From: Mustelus asterias
Lineage: Eukaryota
Direction of reading: 5' to 3'
NCBI RefSeq assembly: GCF_964213995.1
Contig: NC_135810.1
Span: forward strand, 83,638,001 to 83,702,000
Length of the DNA stretch: 64,000 nt
A program made the translations under genes and the position numbers. This document shows, one piece after another, positions 10,291 to 22,670 of this stretch. Within the stretch, counting starts at the first letter, position 1; the number at the start of each line of letters is the position of its first letter. The notes below the pieces were generated by a model that saw nothing but the letters and a program-made list of their open reading frames with translations, did no database searches and was not told the origin of the DNA.

Positions 10291-11643
10291 ATAGAAACAT
10301 AGAATAAATACAGCACAAACAGGCCCTTCGGCCCACAAGTTGCGCCGGTCATGTCCCTACCTACCTAGGCTTATATATAGGCTTACCTATAACCCTCAAT
10401 CCTATTAAGTCCCATGTACTCATCCAGAAGTCTCTTAAAAGACCCTGTCGAGTTTGCCTCCACCACCACTGACGGCAGCCGATTCCACTCACCCACTGCC
10501 CTCTGAGTGAAAAACTTGCCCCTGACATCTCCTCTGTACCTACTCCCCAGCACCTTAAACCTGTGTCCTCTCGTAGCAGCCATTTCAGCCCTGGGAAAAA
10601 GCCTCCGAGAATCCACCCGATCTATACCTCTCAACATCTTGTACACTTCTATCAGGTCACCTCTCCTCCTTCGTCTCTCCAAGGAGAAAAGACCGAGTTC
10701 CCTCAACCTATCCTCATAAGGCATGCCAACCGATCCAGGCAACATCCTTGTAAATCTTCTCTGCACCCTTTCAATAATTTCCACATCCCTCCTGTAATGA
10801 GGCGACCAGAACTGAGCACAGTACTCTTAAGTGGGATCTGACGAGGGTCTTATAAAGCTGCATCATTATCTCCGACTCCTAAACTCAATCCCTCGATTGG
10901 TGAAGGCCAGCACACCATACGCCTTCTTAACCACCTCCTCTACCTGCAAGGCCGATTTAAGAGTCCTGTGGACCCGGACCCCAAGGTCCTTCTGATCTTC
11001 TACACTGCTAAGAGTCTTACCCGTGATATTATACTCCTCCATCCCATTTGACCTGCCAAAATGGACCACTACACATTTATCCGGGTTGAAGTCCATCTGC
11101 CACTTCTCCGCCCAGTCTTGCATCCTATCTATGTCACGCTGCAGCTTTTGACATCCCTCCAAACTATCCACAACACCACCAACCTTTGTGTCGTCGGCAA
11201 ACTTACCAACCCATCCCTCCACTTCCTTATCCAGCTCATTTATGAAAATGACAAACAGCAAGGGTCCCAGAACAGATCCCTGGGGCACTCCACTGGTGAC
11301 CGACCTCCATTCAGAAAAAGACCCATCTACAACCACTCTCTGCCTTCTGCAGGCAAGTCAGTTCTGGATCCACAGGGCAGCAGCCCCTTGGATCCCATGC
11401 CCTCTCACTTTCTCGAGAAGTCTTGCATGGGGGACCTTATCGAATGCCTTGTTGAAGTCCATGTAAACCACATCTACCGCTTTTCCTTCGTCAATGTGTT
11501 TAGTCACATTTTCAAAGAACTCCACCAGGCTCGTAAGGCACAATTTGCTTTTGACAAAGCCGTGCTGACTACTTTTGAGCATACTAAACTTCTCTAAATG
11601 TTCATAAATCCTGTCCCTCAGGATCTTCTCCATCAACTTACCA
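10291..11643 (-). mobile_element. Young 5'-truncated CR1 (HER1-like) LINE, RT domain to 3' tail
   Basis: ORFs with [38 protein letters not shown]; (tctatgtt)-type tail; AAGTAT at both junctions. Confidence 0.95.
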
Positions 11644-13699
11644 AGTATGTGCATGGATTTTGTTTTCCCATTAAACTAAATGGACAGCAGATTAGACAGT
11701 AACGCTCAGTTTGAAACTTCCTTTCCTTTAAACAAAAATAACTGCCAGCAGTTACTTTCCAGTATTCCTCGTGTGCTAAATAGGGAAACTATTTGAAATG
11801 TAACTGTACCTTTGAGTCAGTGTAATTACAAAAATGGCTTTTGTCAGAACTACGCCCTTGTTCGTGCTAGAAAAGTACTCATTAAGAGTCATGATTTATA
11901 CAACTGCAAATTAATACAAGCCAAGGCTGAGGAAATGCTGATTCCTTCTTTCATTGTCATTTTTTAACAGCTGTGTAATGCTCCTGAAGTGAACTTGCTT
12001 GACATAAAAATTTCACTCACATTGCTTATTTGACACACCATCAGAATGTTTTCAGGGTTAATTATCCTGACAGTATGGCCACATCATTCCAGCAGCTTTA
12101 ATACTACTCCAGGTTATTCCCCCGTTGAAATGTGAATCCTTAATTAATCAACTACTTGCCTTTCATGAGTGGATTATCAAGACAAAGTGAAATCATATTT
12201 CCCTAGTACTTGATGTTTATCTTAAACTGACTATACTGATGGGACTGTGAGCTGTAATATATGTGTGGTATGCGTCACATTTAAACTGAAATAATGAGGT
12301 GCTTTCCTCAGCCAAAATGCTGATTCATTGCCTTGTAGAAAAAAGGACAAATTCCAGGGTCCTTAATGTGCGTGAGTGAGGACCTTTGCAGCTACTCAGA
12401 ATCTGCAATGTCATTGAATCTTAATAGCAGCAATTTATTACTAATTACTAATTGTCCATTCTCACCATTAATCTTTCAGAATACAAGCGATGTTGAGGCA
12501 ATAGAATGATAACTATTAATTTGAAGCTTGGGGAAAGATGAAAAGCCATTGTTTTTGCATAGCTGCTTTCTATAAGCGACCATAAATAAAACTACAGTGA
12601 TATTGCATAAATCAATATAACCAATTGATTATAATTTGAAACTGAAGTGCAAAATGGTTAATGTGAAAACTTCCATTTAAAAGAAAAGAAATCGCACTTT
12701 GGTGCCTTTTCCCTGTGAAATGTGAGCTGTCACAACCATTAAGGTCTTACTGTCAGCAATATGTTTTGATATGATGGAGCATGTGGTGAACTGAGATGCT
12801 AGCGGTTGGAGCTGTTGCTATAGTCACAAAGCATTTTCACTGTCTTGAGATTTTGGGAAAAAAGGCAGAGCTGATTATTAACAGCTTTAGATGCAGGTTA
12901 TTTTTAAAATGTGTTTGGGATATGAATATTAAGTGTCAGAATTGCAAGGTTAGGGTTTAAGCAAGAGTGTTGGAATTAAATTATAAGATGAGCTACAAAT
13001 CATATTCCGTTGACTAAGAGCAATATTCACAAAGGAATAGGGGTTCATTATGGGAATAATTCTGTGGCAAACAAGGCATTCCCTTGATATGAACTTTGCT
13101 ATCAAAGTATGCTCTGCATGGAGATTGCTCTGCACATTGTCCAAGAAGCAATGTCTTTAGCTTTTTCTATGGCAAAGTGTTATAGGTCGATAACTTCATG
13201 GGCTCTCCAGTATACTTTTTATGGCTGGGGACACAACATTGCAATTGTTAAACATCCTTCGATTATGATTGGTTGAAAATTGGTTTAAAAGCATATTTAC
13301 CAAATTAATGGAGATCATATTTAAAGTAAAATTACAAGGATTAAAATGAAATATTTATTGGGAGAAGGAAGGAAAGTGCTTTCTAGTTGGAATGACTAGA
13401 TGATGGGCCCAATCTATGCATGCCACCAACATGTTTACATTTACCTGTGCCAGCTTTTTTGTTTAGAGGAATCCAGCAAGTTTTTGTTGCTATAATTTGC
13501 ACTCGTGTTGTTAGGCATGCACAATCATAAATTCCCAATAAATGCTATCTTTCAGGTTTAAGTATAACAGTCAGCAGGTACTTCAGTTTATAGTAGAATT
13601 CTTCCTCCGTTAAAATTGAAAGCAGTATTCTGTAAAAATAATGGCAGTCAAGTAATGTTCCAGCAAAGTCAATTGCCACTCTGTATCAACTTACCAATG

Positions 13700-14560
13700 C
13701 TTAAATTCTAAAGCGTCTGTCTTGCCCGACCTTCCTGACTCAGGCTGTGTCGGTCTTGAGCAAAGAAGCGCGTCCCCAGCCCCAGTGACAAAGTGTAAAA
13801 GAAGCGGGTGAATGAGGACATGGCATCCTTTTTACAGCACTAGCTGTGATAAAGCAGGTGAGTTTAAATGTCCCATTGAAAATAGCAGGCCAGGGAGAAG
13901 GTAGGTTTCTCAGTGAATGGGATGTGGGGGTGGGTGTTCGGGCATTGGCAGGGAGGGATCCGGCCATCACGGTTGGGGCTGCTGGACATTGGGGAGTTGG
14001 GCATCAGTGGGGAGAGGTCGGACATGGTGGGGGGTGGCGTTGAACATTGGTGGGTCATTGAACATCGGTGGGTCTGGACATCAGGCGGCAAGTCAGAAAC
14101 TGGGGAGTTGGACATTAGCTGGGGGAGGGGGAGTAAGTCAAACATCAGAGGGAGGAGTCGGGCAATGGGGGGGGGGTTCAGACGAATATTGGGAGCGTGA
14201 CTCAGACATCGACAGGTGGGATCAGGTTGGGGGGCTTGTGGGCTGTCGGGCCTCAAGTCGGGGGGGGGGAAGATATCATGGGCAGCGGGGTGCTTAGACG
14301 GGAATGGGTGTCCCTGTGGGGTTATCCTGAGGGGCTTGGTCTCTAGGCATTTACAATAGTTATGCTGAAGTTAGAAGTGCTTTTATTTTTTTCTAGCACT
14401 TTCAGAGTAACTATTAACTTAACACTGGTGGAACCATCCGAAGTTAGCAATTTAAATTACTTTGTCAATGGATTCCAGAGCACTGCAATTGTCCAGGGGC
14501 AGTTAGTGCTTCTGGGTAGCCCCTAAATCTGACACTGGGGAGCCAGCAAGTTAAGGCCTC
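13700..14560. mobile_element. Unclassified GC-rich non-autonomous element with G-rich internal tandem units
   Basis: Repeated 'ggacat(t/c)gg(t/g)ggg' units at 13980-14280; segment 14358-14520 resembles 30317-30470. Confidence 0.45.
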
Positions 14561-15577
14561 ATGGGATAGAATGCCATGGAAAGATATTTTCTCAGTGGCC
14601 TAAGTTTGCAGCATTATTGGAGTTTGAGTGAAAAGCTTTGATTTGAATTTCCTTCGTTTATTTGGTTTGGGAACCTAGTTATTCAATCGCAACCCAATTT
14701 TTTGCTGAATGTTGTGAAAAACTAAATGCACACAAAATGTTATTCCGTGCATTAAGTTATAGGTAAATGTTGGGTGACTTGTGGTCAAAACTATATTTTC
14801 CCAGTTGGTTTAATGCACGGTTTCAAAGGTGCTAAAATGTCTAGACTTTTTGTTCAATTTAATCATGCAATGGTCATATTTAATTAATGTGGGTAAGTTC
14901 TGTGGTCTGTTAAGTGAACTCTGCGCTACTCTTCACTAATCATTTTTTGCTAAGAGTTATCTCCAAAGTGTCAATTCCCAGAACAATGACCTCAAACAAT
15001 TTATTTTCTGGATGATTTAGGACAGTTATGTGGAGCTGTTCTTGTACACTTACTGTGCGCTAGCAATATCCAGGGTTATTTTTCTTTTCTCTCACCATAG
15101 CCTCAATAGAAGCGCTTGTGGAGTTTCTCTGGGGTATCAACCAAGTTGCAGTAGGATGTTGAGCAATCCCAGTGGGAAATTCTATCCCACTGTTATTTGA
15201 CTGCAAAGAATAATTTCCCTCGCACTAAATAGAACCCTCAATCAAATATGCAATCTAATAGTTAAATTTGTCTTTATATAGCACTCTGAAATCTTTCATT
15301 ATATCAAAGGTGCCATATGATGTGAAGTGAAGAGAGTTTTTATCCAAGGGACTACGTGGGATGCTCTACCAGGAATATTAGTGAATTTGTGAAGGTTTTG
15401 AAAATAAGTAGTAGGCAGATACTCGAGTAATTAAAATTTAAAGAGTAGTACAAAGGAACTTGGCTAGGTGAAAAGCTGCATCACTGAGCCAATACGGACA
15501 AGATGTCCCCAGACATCTTGTAAAATTCTACAATTCTAAGTATAAATTGTTGTACATCCATCTTTGTAATTAAACAG

Positions 15578-15657
15578 GGGATGACAAATGAACTATTTGC
15601 AGGGTTCCCTTTATCTGGTAAATTTTCTGCCTTCGACGACTCGAGCACTATTCACTG
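15578..15657 (+). CDS. Putative internal coding exon (80 nt, phase 0-2, GMTNELFAGFPLSGKFSAFDDSSTIH-)
   Basis: Acceptor tctttgtaattaaacag|G, strong donor CTG|gtaagt, open frame, and retained CpGs (cgacgactcga) in a CpG-poor background. Alternative acceptor possible at 15602. Confidence 0.5.
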
Positions 15658-15996
15658 GTAAGTGGAGACCTTACTCTGAGAAGGAAAACGATGCTTTGAA
15701 TCAAGCACACACAGAATAATGCAGCAAAGTACTCAATTCAAAATCACTAGCCAAAACGTTGAGGAGTAAACTAATGTAAAATAAACATTCAGTACAATGA
15801 GTTAGATTTTAGTCTGTTGCATTCGTTCGTCCAAAATATTATCTGTATTAGCATGCTGTTATATATTCATTTAGTTGCCATTGAGTGATTTAATAAGGTA
15901 ATTGTAAAATCCGAATAAAAGACCAGAATCTCTCAACTTGAACTAATTCTGTTTTCTCAACTGAAATAATTTTGAACAGACTGTGATTTGATATTC

Positions 15997-16309
15997 ATAG
16001 AAATCATAGAATCATAGAAACCCTACAATACAGAAGGAGGCAATTTGACCCATCGAGTCTGCACCAACCACAATCCCACCCAGTCCTTATCCCGTAGCCC
16101 CATATATTTACCCTGCTAGTCCCCCAACACTAAGTGGCAATTTAGCATAGCCAATCAACCTGACCCGCACATCTTTGGACTGTGGGAGGAAACCCATGCA
16201 GACACAGAGAGAATGTGCAAACTCCACACAGACAGTGACCCAAGCCGAGAACTGAACCCAGATCCTGGTGCTGTGAGGTAGCAGTGCTAACCACTGTGCC
16301 ACCATGCCC
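15997..16309 (-). mobile_element. HE1 SINE (tRNA-derived, elasmobranch)
   Basis: Reverse complement has A-box tggcacagtgg, the core ttcctcccacagtccaaagatgtgcggg and a (tctatga)n tail. Confidence 0.9.
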
Positions 16310-16429
16310 TCCCCGTATCGTATCCACAGCCAGACAGGAGTATGGATTGGAGTGGTGTTTAGTGAGACCAAATTAAATGATTTTGGTTTTGCTTGTGTTA
16401 AAACTGGAGAAGATGGGTTTTAAACTCTT

Positions 16430-16503
16430 GACAGTGGCCCAAGCTGGGAATTGAACCCGGGTCCCTGATGCTGTGAGGCAGCAGTGCTAACCACCGTGCC
16501 ACT
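16430..16503 (-). mobile_element. HE1 SINE 5' (tRNA-head) fragment
   Basis: gggaattgaacccgggtccctgatgctgtgaggcagcagtgctaaccaccgtgccac. Confidence 0.8.
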
Positions 16504-17589
16504 CTAATATTGTTGCGGATGTTTCCTGCGCTTATTCTAAGGATACCAAAAGGCTGCTTTTGGATTACTCATTGCTTGAATTCTGCTCAAACTGAAACAT
16601 TTGAGAGCAGGCCTATAAACCTTGACAACCAAATGTCTCTGAAAAGCCAAATGCACATTTTGATAGTTGCAATGATCAAAAAGCTATTGCTATAGGAATT
16701 TAAAAAAAATTCATGTGTAATTTAGTTTGTTGATTAAAAATGTTCTATTTCTAAGTGATAATTAGCTGTTGCCCTTTCACCAGTTTTGGATCAGAAATTC
16801 AATTTAGCTCCAGATCACCTATGTAATCTTAGCACCTGGGCCATCCTTGTTATTTGAAGTGCTGATTTATAGATTGGAAGATACCACTGTTAAAAGCTTC
16901 TTCCTGTTAACAGTGATGGTACTTCAGTGAAATGATCTTGTTAAATGCTTCGCTGAGCACAGACTAACAGTTTTCTGCAGTATTTATCATAATAGAAGTT
17001 AATGGTGGTGATGAATAGTGATGAAAAGAGTTGTTTCAACAGAAAAATAGCAGCAATCTTTTCCTGCTGCGGTATCCGGTAAACATTCGTTCATCTTTCA
17101 CTTCTTTAGTTGGAAATAAATACTTTCCATTTATAAACATTGAAATTGACTTGAATGTTGCCAAAGCACCATTGACTTTGATTACAATGTCAGTCCTGAC
17201 CTTCCCAGGCCTGCATTGCCCATTGTAATTTTCAAATTAGATGCTACCTCTGATTATTGTTGATCAAATCAGACATCAGAACCATGAAGAACAAGGGAAC
17301 TGTTGATCAATAGTTATGTCTTACCTGTTGGTGCCCTGGTTCAGTGCATATTGATTGGATTTTGTCCATCATTTCACACATGGCAAGTTCCCAAATTTTG
17401 ACCTGATCTATATTTTAGTTGTGAAATGACTTGTGATCAATTTAAAGGGTGAAGGCAGTTACGAAAACACAAGTAATTTATATCACAACCCAATCTTTTG
17501 AAGGAAATAAGATATGGATGTACTCAAAAGATTACTTCCTTTTGCAGAATTTCTTAATTAATTCCTAATTTCAGTGAGTGAACCTATCT

Positions 17590-18225
17590 CAAATGGAGTT
17601 AGATTTGAGGAAATGTGAGGTCATCCACTTTAGATCGGCGAAAAACAATTCAGGATCTTAATGCCAAGAGGTTTGGAATTTTGGAGGAGCAAAGAAACTA
17701 GAACCAGAGGGCACAACCTCAGGCTAAAGGGACGATCCTTTAAAACAGAGATGAGGAGGAATTTCTTCAGCCAGAGTGTGTGAATCTGTGGAACTCTTTG
17801 CCGAAGAAGGCTGTGGAGGCCAGGTCATTGAGTGTCGTTAAAACAGAGATAGATAGGTTTTTGATTAATAAAGGCATCAGGGGTTATGGGGAAAGGCAGG
17901 AGAATGGGGATGAGAAAAACATCAGCCATGATTGAATGGCGGAGCAGACTCGATGGGCGAGTGGCCTAATTCTGCTCCTATGTCGTATAGTCTAACTTGG
18001 TTGTCCGTGCACACAAATCACTAAAATTTCATACGCATGTACAAAAAGTAATTTTAAAAACTTGTGGAATGTTGACCTTTATCTCAAGGTGAATGGAAAA
18101 TCATGGGTAGAAAATTATGTTTCAGTTGTGGAGAACCGAAGGCTCAATTTGAAGTATTGCATTCAATTCTGGGCAATGGCAAAAATTTAGTAGCGTTGGA
18201 GGGGATATTACACAGATTCACCAGA
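17590..18225 (+). mobile_element. Old CR1 fragment interrupted by a younger CR1 3' end (~17695-17995)
   Basis: KCEVIHF-like start; nested piece from actagaaccagagggcacaacc to ..gcctaattctgctcctatgtc; the older ORF2 then resumes. Confidence 0.75.
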
Positions 18226-18479
18226 ATTTATTTTTAATTTATTTAGTGAATGCAAATGCCTGAAACCAAGCAAGGTGAGGTGTTTGCCAATTAGCTCAGA
18301 GAGGGAACATTCCTTGGTAATGGGCAGCATTGTTTGGGATTTTCCAGAAGTCATAAAGAGTCTGTTCTGAGGCCTGAGTGGCAGAGGTTGGCTGCACAGG
18401 GGCCCAGTCTAGTCCTGAACCTACTTAGTAAGGACCATTGTTACTGTGTTGGTTCGATGCCTGCCATTTGACAATGGGA

Positions 18480-19045
18480 TTTGTCACAAGAGATTTATTG
18501 GTAACTTTGCATATTTCCCATTGTTTGAACCAAAGGATGTCTGCAGGTTACATATTGTTCAGGAAGGGTGTTTGGGATGCTGAGTGGAGGGTGGACAATA
18601 GGTGGTTTGAACAGGTCATCATGGAGTGGTAAGTGAGATGCAGCGCAGATGGTTTCAGCCAACTTGAGTTTTCGTCAGTTGGCACGGACGCGTGGCAGAG
18701 TGATGTTTGCACAGACAGGAAGCCTGGGAGAGGTGTTGAGCAGAGAGTTCCAGTTCTGATGTACCTTGTTGTGTTCAGTTGAGTGTCAACAAGATGCATG
18801 AGTGACAACCTTTGCCAGACAGGTGCAAGGTACTCTGCTGTGGAGTATGATACGGTAAGTTTTGAGATCCAGGGTGTTGCGACAATGGCACCCATGTGTA
18901 GATCCAGCAAGTTTGGTTAGTAAGTTGCTTCTGGTTTTGACCTTTGTTGCTGTTTCCTTCAAATGTTCCTGGAAGGACAGAAATTTTATCTAGAGTCATT
19001 CCCAGGTATATTGACTTCGGATCATGCTTTTTGTTTCTGACCATC
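18480..19045 (-). mobile_element. Vingi/Ingi-clade LINE fragment
   Basis: HDPKSIYLGMTLDK and YSTAEYLAPVWQR..HLVDTQLNTTRYIRTGTLCSTPLP match recalled Vingi ORF motifs (YSAAEYCAPVW..LVDTQL..MRIISGTLRPTPLPW). Confidence 0.7.
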
Positions 19046-19084
19046 CATGTGGATATTCTTTTTTTGCACTGAAATTAGGGGAAT

Positions 19085-19430
19085 TTAAAGGGTGTAGATC
19101 TTGTTGACTCTGATTGTTGTCATGGAAAAACCAATGGGGAGCTATAGACACCCCAAGCTTCTGAGTAATTGAAAAAAAGCATAAGGCGTGAACATAAAGA
19201 ATTGGTCCCTGTATGCGTGTCATGAGCCATGTTATGAGCTTGACTGATTATCTTAAATTGGTTGTTAGTGTAGCTATTAGCACACTCAGGATTGTTCAGC
19301 AAGTGCTGCCCAATCGTGGAATTGAATAGCAGATGTTTTGTTTTGGGATGGTTGAGTACGATCTGTACTCTGCTATTATGAACAACCAAAGCAATATGTT
19401 GTCTGATTTGATCAGCCAATCATGCGACCA
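19085..19430 (-). mobile_element. Penelope-like element GIY-YIG C-terminal fragment
   Basis: ADQIRQH..STIGQHLLNNPECANSYTNNQFKIISQAHN..IQGPIL is typical of PLE C-termini. Confidence 0.75.
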
Positions 19431-20418
19431 ATGTCCCTGGCATCACATTGGTATTGAAATTCATAAACAACATTATTCAGTTGTATGGTCAGCCAAATGT
19501 CCTTATGGACTGATTGTTAATGGAAAACAGGATGCTTTCCTTGTTTTTTCTTCCACAGTCTCAAAGTTTATGACTATCTTGTACTTTTCAGATCATCTTT
19601 TTGCGGTATCACTGTAGGTACTTCGTTGTGACACCATACATGTAAATCAGTCGGAAGGTACCTTTGGATATGCATTCAGGCCTCCAGTATATAAAGGGAC
19701 ATTTGATTTACAAATGCACTCAGAAAATGTAAGCACTTAAAAATTGTCGAGCAGAACACTGGAATGCAAAACAAATAGTGAGCTTCCAGATAATCTGTTT
19801 TGTGAATTTTGACCATTATTCTACCAGAAAATGAGTGTTTTAGGGTGTGATAAGTAAACTGAAGACAGTCTGTCCTGAATAGCTCAGGAATATCTCTATG
19901 TAGGATGTCTCTTAATTGGAGGTACAAGTTGAAGATTCAGCATCAGCAATAGTGGTTGTTGCTTTAAGTTGCCAAGACTGAACTGAATTAGATTCTGTGA
20001 TTCAAGTGCTTATGATTTAAATCTATGTACACAGTCATGCGTGACGGGATTATACAGTATAACAACCTTGCTATAGCATTTCTCAGAATTGTGTGGTTCT
20101 GTTTACAACATATTCATTGTTCCTTTCATATCCACATCATATTTTTGCTAGATACTTATATTGGTTTCGCTGCTATTTAAAATTAATATTATAGTTAGTA
20201 AACTGTGGAATTGTTTCCTGATTAAAACAATTTAATGTGACTGAAGTGCAGCACTCCTCTTAGTGTCTACACAGCAAGATTGCAACTTGAATCCCAGAGC
20301 TCTACCTGACTGACATAAAAGAGAGCTACCAGCTAGTATAGTAACAAGTTGGTGTTATAATTCACATGAACTCTGGATCTATTAACATTTTAAACGTGTA
20401 GAACTATAATGTTACCAG

Positions 20419-20489
20419 GAGCATGCATAATATTCCAGTAAATGCAGTAAAAGGCATGGTGACTGGTAACTTTGTCCACCATCAAGCAG
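20419..20489 (+). CDS. Possible internal exon (71 nt, phase 2-1, -SMHNIPVNAVKGMVTGNFVHHQA-)
   Basis: Weak acceptor (gttaccag|G), donor CAG|gtaatg. Phase-compatible with the 15578-15657 exon (TG+G = Trp). Confidence 0.3.
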
Positions 20490-21101
20490 GTAATGAATGC
20501 CAGATTCAGAGCATGATAATCAAATATGGTCCAGTTTATGCCATTTGATAAACTGCTAGCACAAGTTATAATCATTGGTGTTGGCAAATGTAAAGATCCT
20601 GAATTTCCGGTTGTCATGATGGTGAAATTGTCAGCTCTCAGGATTGTTACTATGTAGAACTTACAGGAACTTGTAGTGTATGCATGTCCACAATTAAACA
20701 TGGGAATCTGGATGTTGCCACCATCGATACCCTGCCTGACCACAGGATACACTGTTGCGGTCTTCACAGCTGCAATCAATGTACTCAGTGAATTAAAGTG
20801 CACTTCCAACTTTTTATGCACTATTCTTACTGTAGAAACAACAAAAATGTTAAGCCTTGTTGAATAAGGTTTAATTAAGTTTTTAACAGCTTACTGGGAA
20901 AATCCTTTCCCGCGTTGAAAAACTAATTTTACAAGTATGGTTATTCCCTCAGGAGAACATCTAAAATTCAACAACTTTTAAAATAAGGTAGTGTTATTTT
21001 TGTTAAAATTTGATACTGCATCGTATGTGTATTACCCAATTTTAAATCTGTCTTCTGTAAGATTATTTAAATGTGAATTAGAATCTTTCCTTTTTACTTC
21101 C

Positions 21102-21463
21102 GCGGCACGGTAGCACAGTGGTTAGCACGGTAGCACAGTGGTTAGCACTGCTGCTTCACAGCTCCAGGGACCTGGGTTCAATTCCCGGCTTGGGTCACTG
21201 TCTGTGTGGAGTTTGCACATTCTCCCCGTGTCTGCGTGGGTTTCCTCCGGGTGCTCCGGTTTCCTCCCACAGTCCAAAGATGTGCGGGTTAGGTTGATTG
21301 GCCAGGTTAAAAATTGCCCCTTGGAGTCCTGAGATGCGTAGGTTAGAGGGATTAGCGGGTAAATATGTGGGGATAGGGCCTGGGTGGGATTGTGGTCGGT
21401 GCAGACTCGATGGGCCGAATGGCCTCCTTCTGCACTGTAGGGTTTCTATGATTTCTATGATTT
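21102..21463 (+). mobile_element. Young full-length HE1 SINE with duplicated A-box
   Basis: (gcacggtagcacagtggtta)x2, B-box ggttcaattcc, many intact CpGs, tail (tttctatga)x2. Confidence 0.95.
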
Positions 21464-21859
21464 CCTGCTTTGCTGTCTTTGAGAGTTTTTCAATTTGATT
21501 GGCTGATTAAATCAATATAGGTAGCACCACATTTAAAGTCACTTTGGAAAAGACAAAATGATTCTCTCGGCACTGCTAAATGTTTGAGCAATTTGTTTAA
21601 AGTCAGCAGCGAGCACCACCCCTTTGTAGCTGACCACAAAATTCAGCCCATTTTCTTTAATCCTAGTTCAACCAAGCATGAAGGCAGCTGCAGTCTTCAA
21701 GATGCTATAACTCGGCTATCAATGTATGTTATATCTGTTTCAGTTGGTAATTGCTATTTTATGTACCTCCATAGATGACATGCATCTAAAATTACTGTGG
21801 CAATGAGGCTAGTCTAATTCAATTGGCCGACTTGCCAGATGTAATTTAGAATCATTGTT

Positions 21860-22220
21860 CAAAGCACAGCTTGGCTATGGGTAAGAAACTGGCTGAGGAG
21901 TAGGGAACAGTGGATACTGATTAGGGATAATCTTAGTTGGGGTGTGGGGGGCAGTATTGAGTCAGTGCCCCAAGGCTATGTTGTTGGGTTCATTACTTTT
22001 ACTAATTTATGTAAAATGATTTGTCTCCCAGTCAAGTATGTTTGCAGATGATAGCAAACTAGATGTGCACTGGACTTAAAGTTGGAAGTCCTGAAACTAT
22101 ATTAGTCAAAAAGGTGAATGGGACAAACAACGGCAAATGGAATTTAATGCAGATACTTGTAAAGTGTTGGATTCAGGAAGGTAAATAAATACCATAGAAA
22201 ATTAATGGTGTTAAGATAGT
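21860..22220 (+). mobile_element. Highly decayed CR1 RT fragment
   Basis: gtgccccaagg..gttgggt.. and atgtttgcagatgatagcaaa (MFADDSK). Confidence 0.6.
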
Positions 22221-22289
22221 TTAAGATGAGTTTTAAAGAGATTTTTGGCTCTTGATTCCCATCACCTTCATTGACTTTTCTTCCTGCAT

Positions 22290-22670
22290 CTGCACAGCTA
22301 TCTCTGGTGTCCCTCAAGGAACTATCCTTGCCCCCTCCCACCTATTTCTCATCTATATTCTGATCCTCAGCAAGATTCAAAAACACAACCTCAATGTACA
22401 TTGATGCCACCCAATTCTACCTCACTTGAATCCTCCGCTGAATCTGAATTGTCAGACTGCTTCTCTGATATCCAATACTGGGTGCGCAGATAGTTCTGCC
22501 AATTAAATATTGGTAAGTCTTAATTCCCCACCACAAACTATTCCATCGCAATCAATTCCGTCCCTCTCTTTGGTACGCGTTTGAGGCTGAACCACACTGT
22601 TGCAACTCTGGAGACGCATTGGATGACAAGATCAATGTCCAACCACATAAGATGGTCTATCTCAATTTCC
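22290..22670 (+). mobile_element. Decayed L2 RT fragment
   Basis: ctctggtgtccctcaaggaactatccttgccccc (SGVPQGTILAP), DATQFYL-like and LNIGK motifs. Confidence 0.65.

Noticed and set aside
13980-14280. Spaced repeats resembling a CRISPR array
   Set aside because: Units are degenerate, G-rich and irregularly spaced; no cas genes; eukaryotic context.
17326-17403. Minus-strand 78-nt open exon candidate with CAG|gtaag donor
   Set aside because: The acceptor lacks a polypyrimidine tract and no partner exons were found on that strand.
20953-20987. Plus-strand AG...GT exon candidate
   Set aside because: Stops in all three frames and a weak donor.
21102-21190. tRNA gene
   Set aside because: The A and B boxes belong to the tRNA-derived head of an HE1 SINE.
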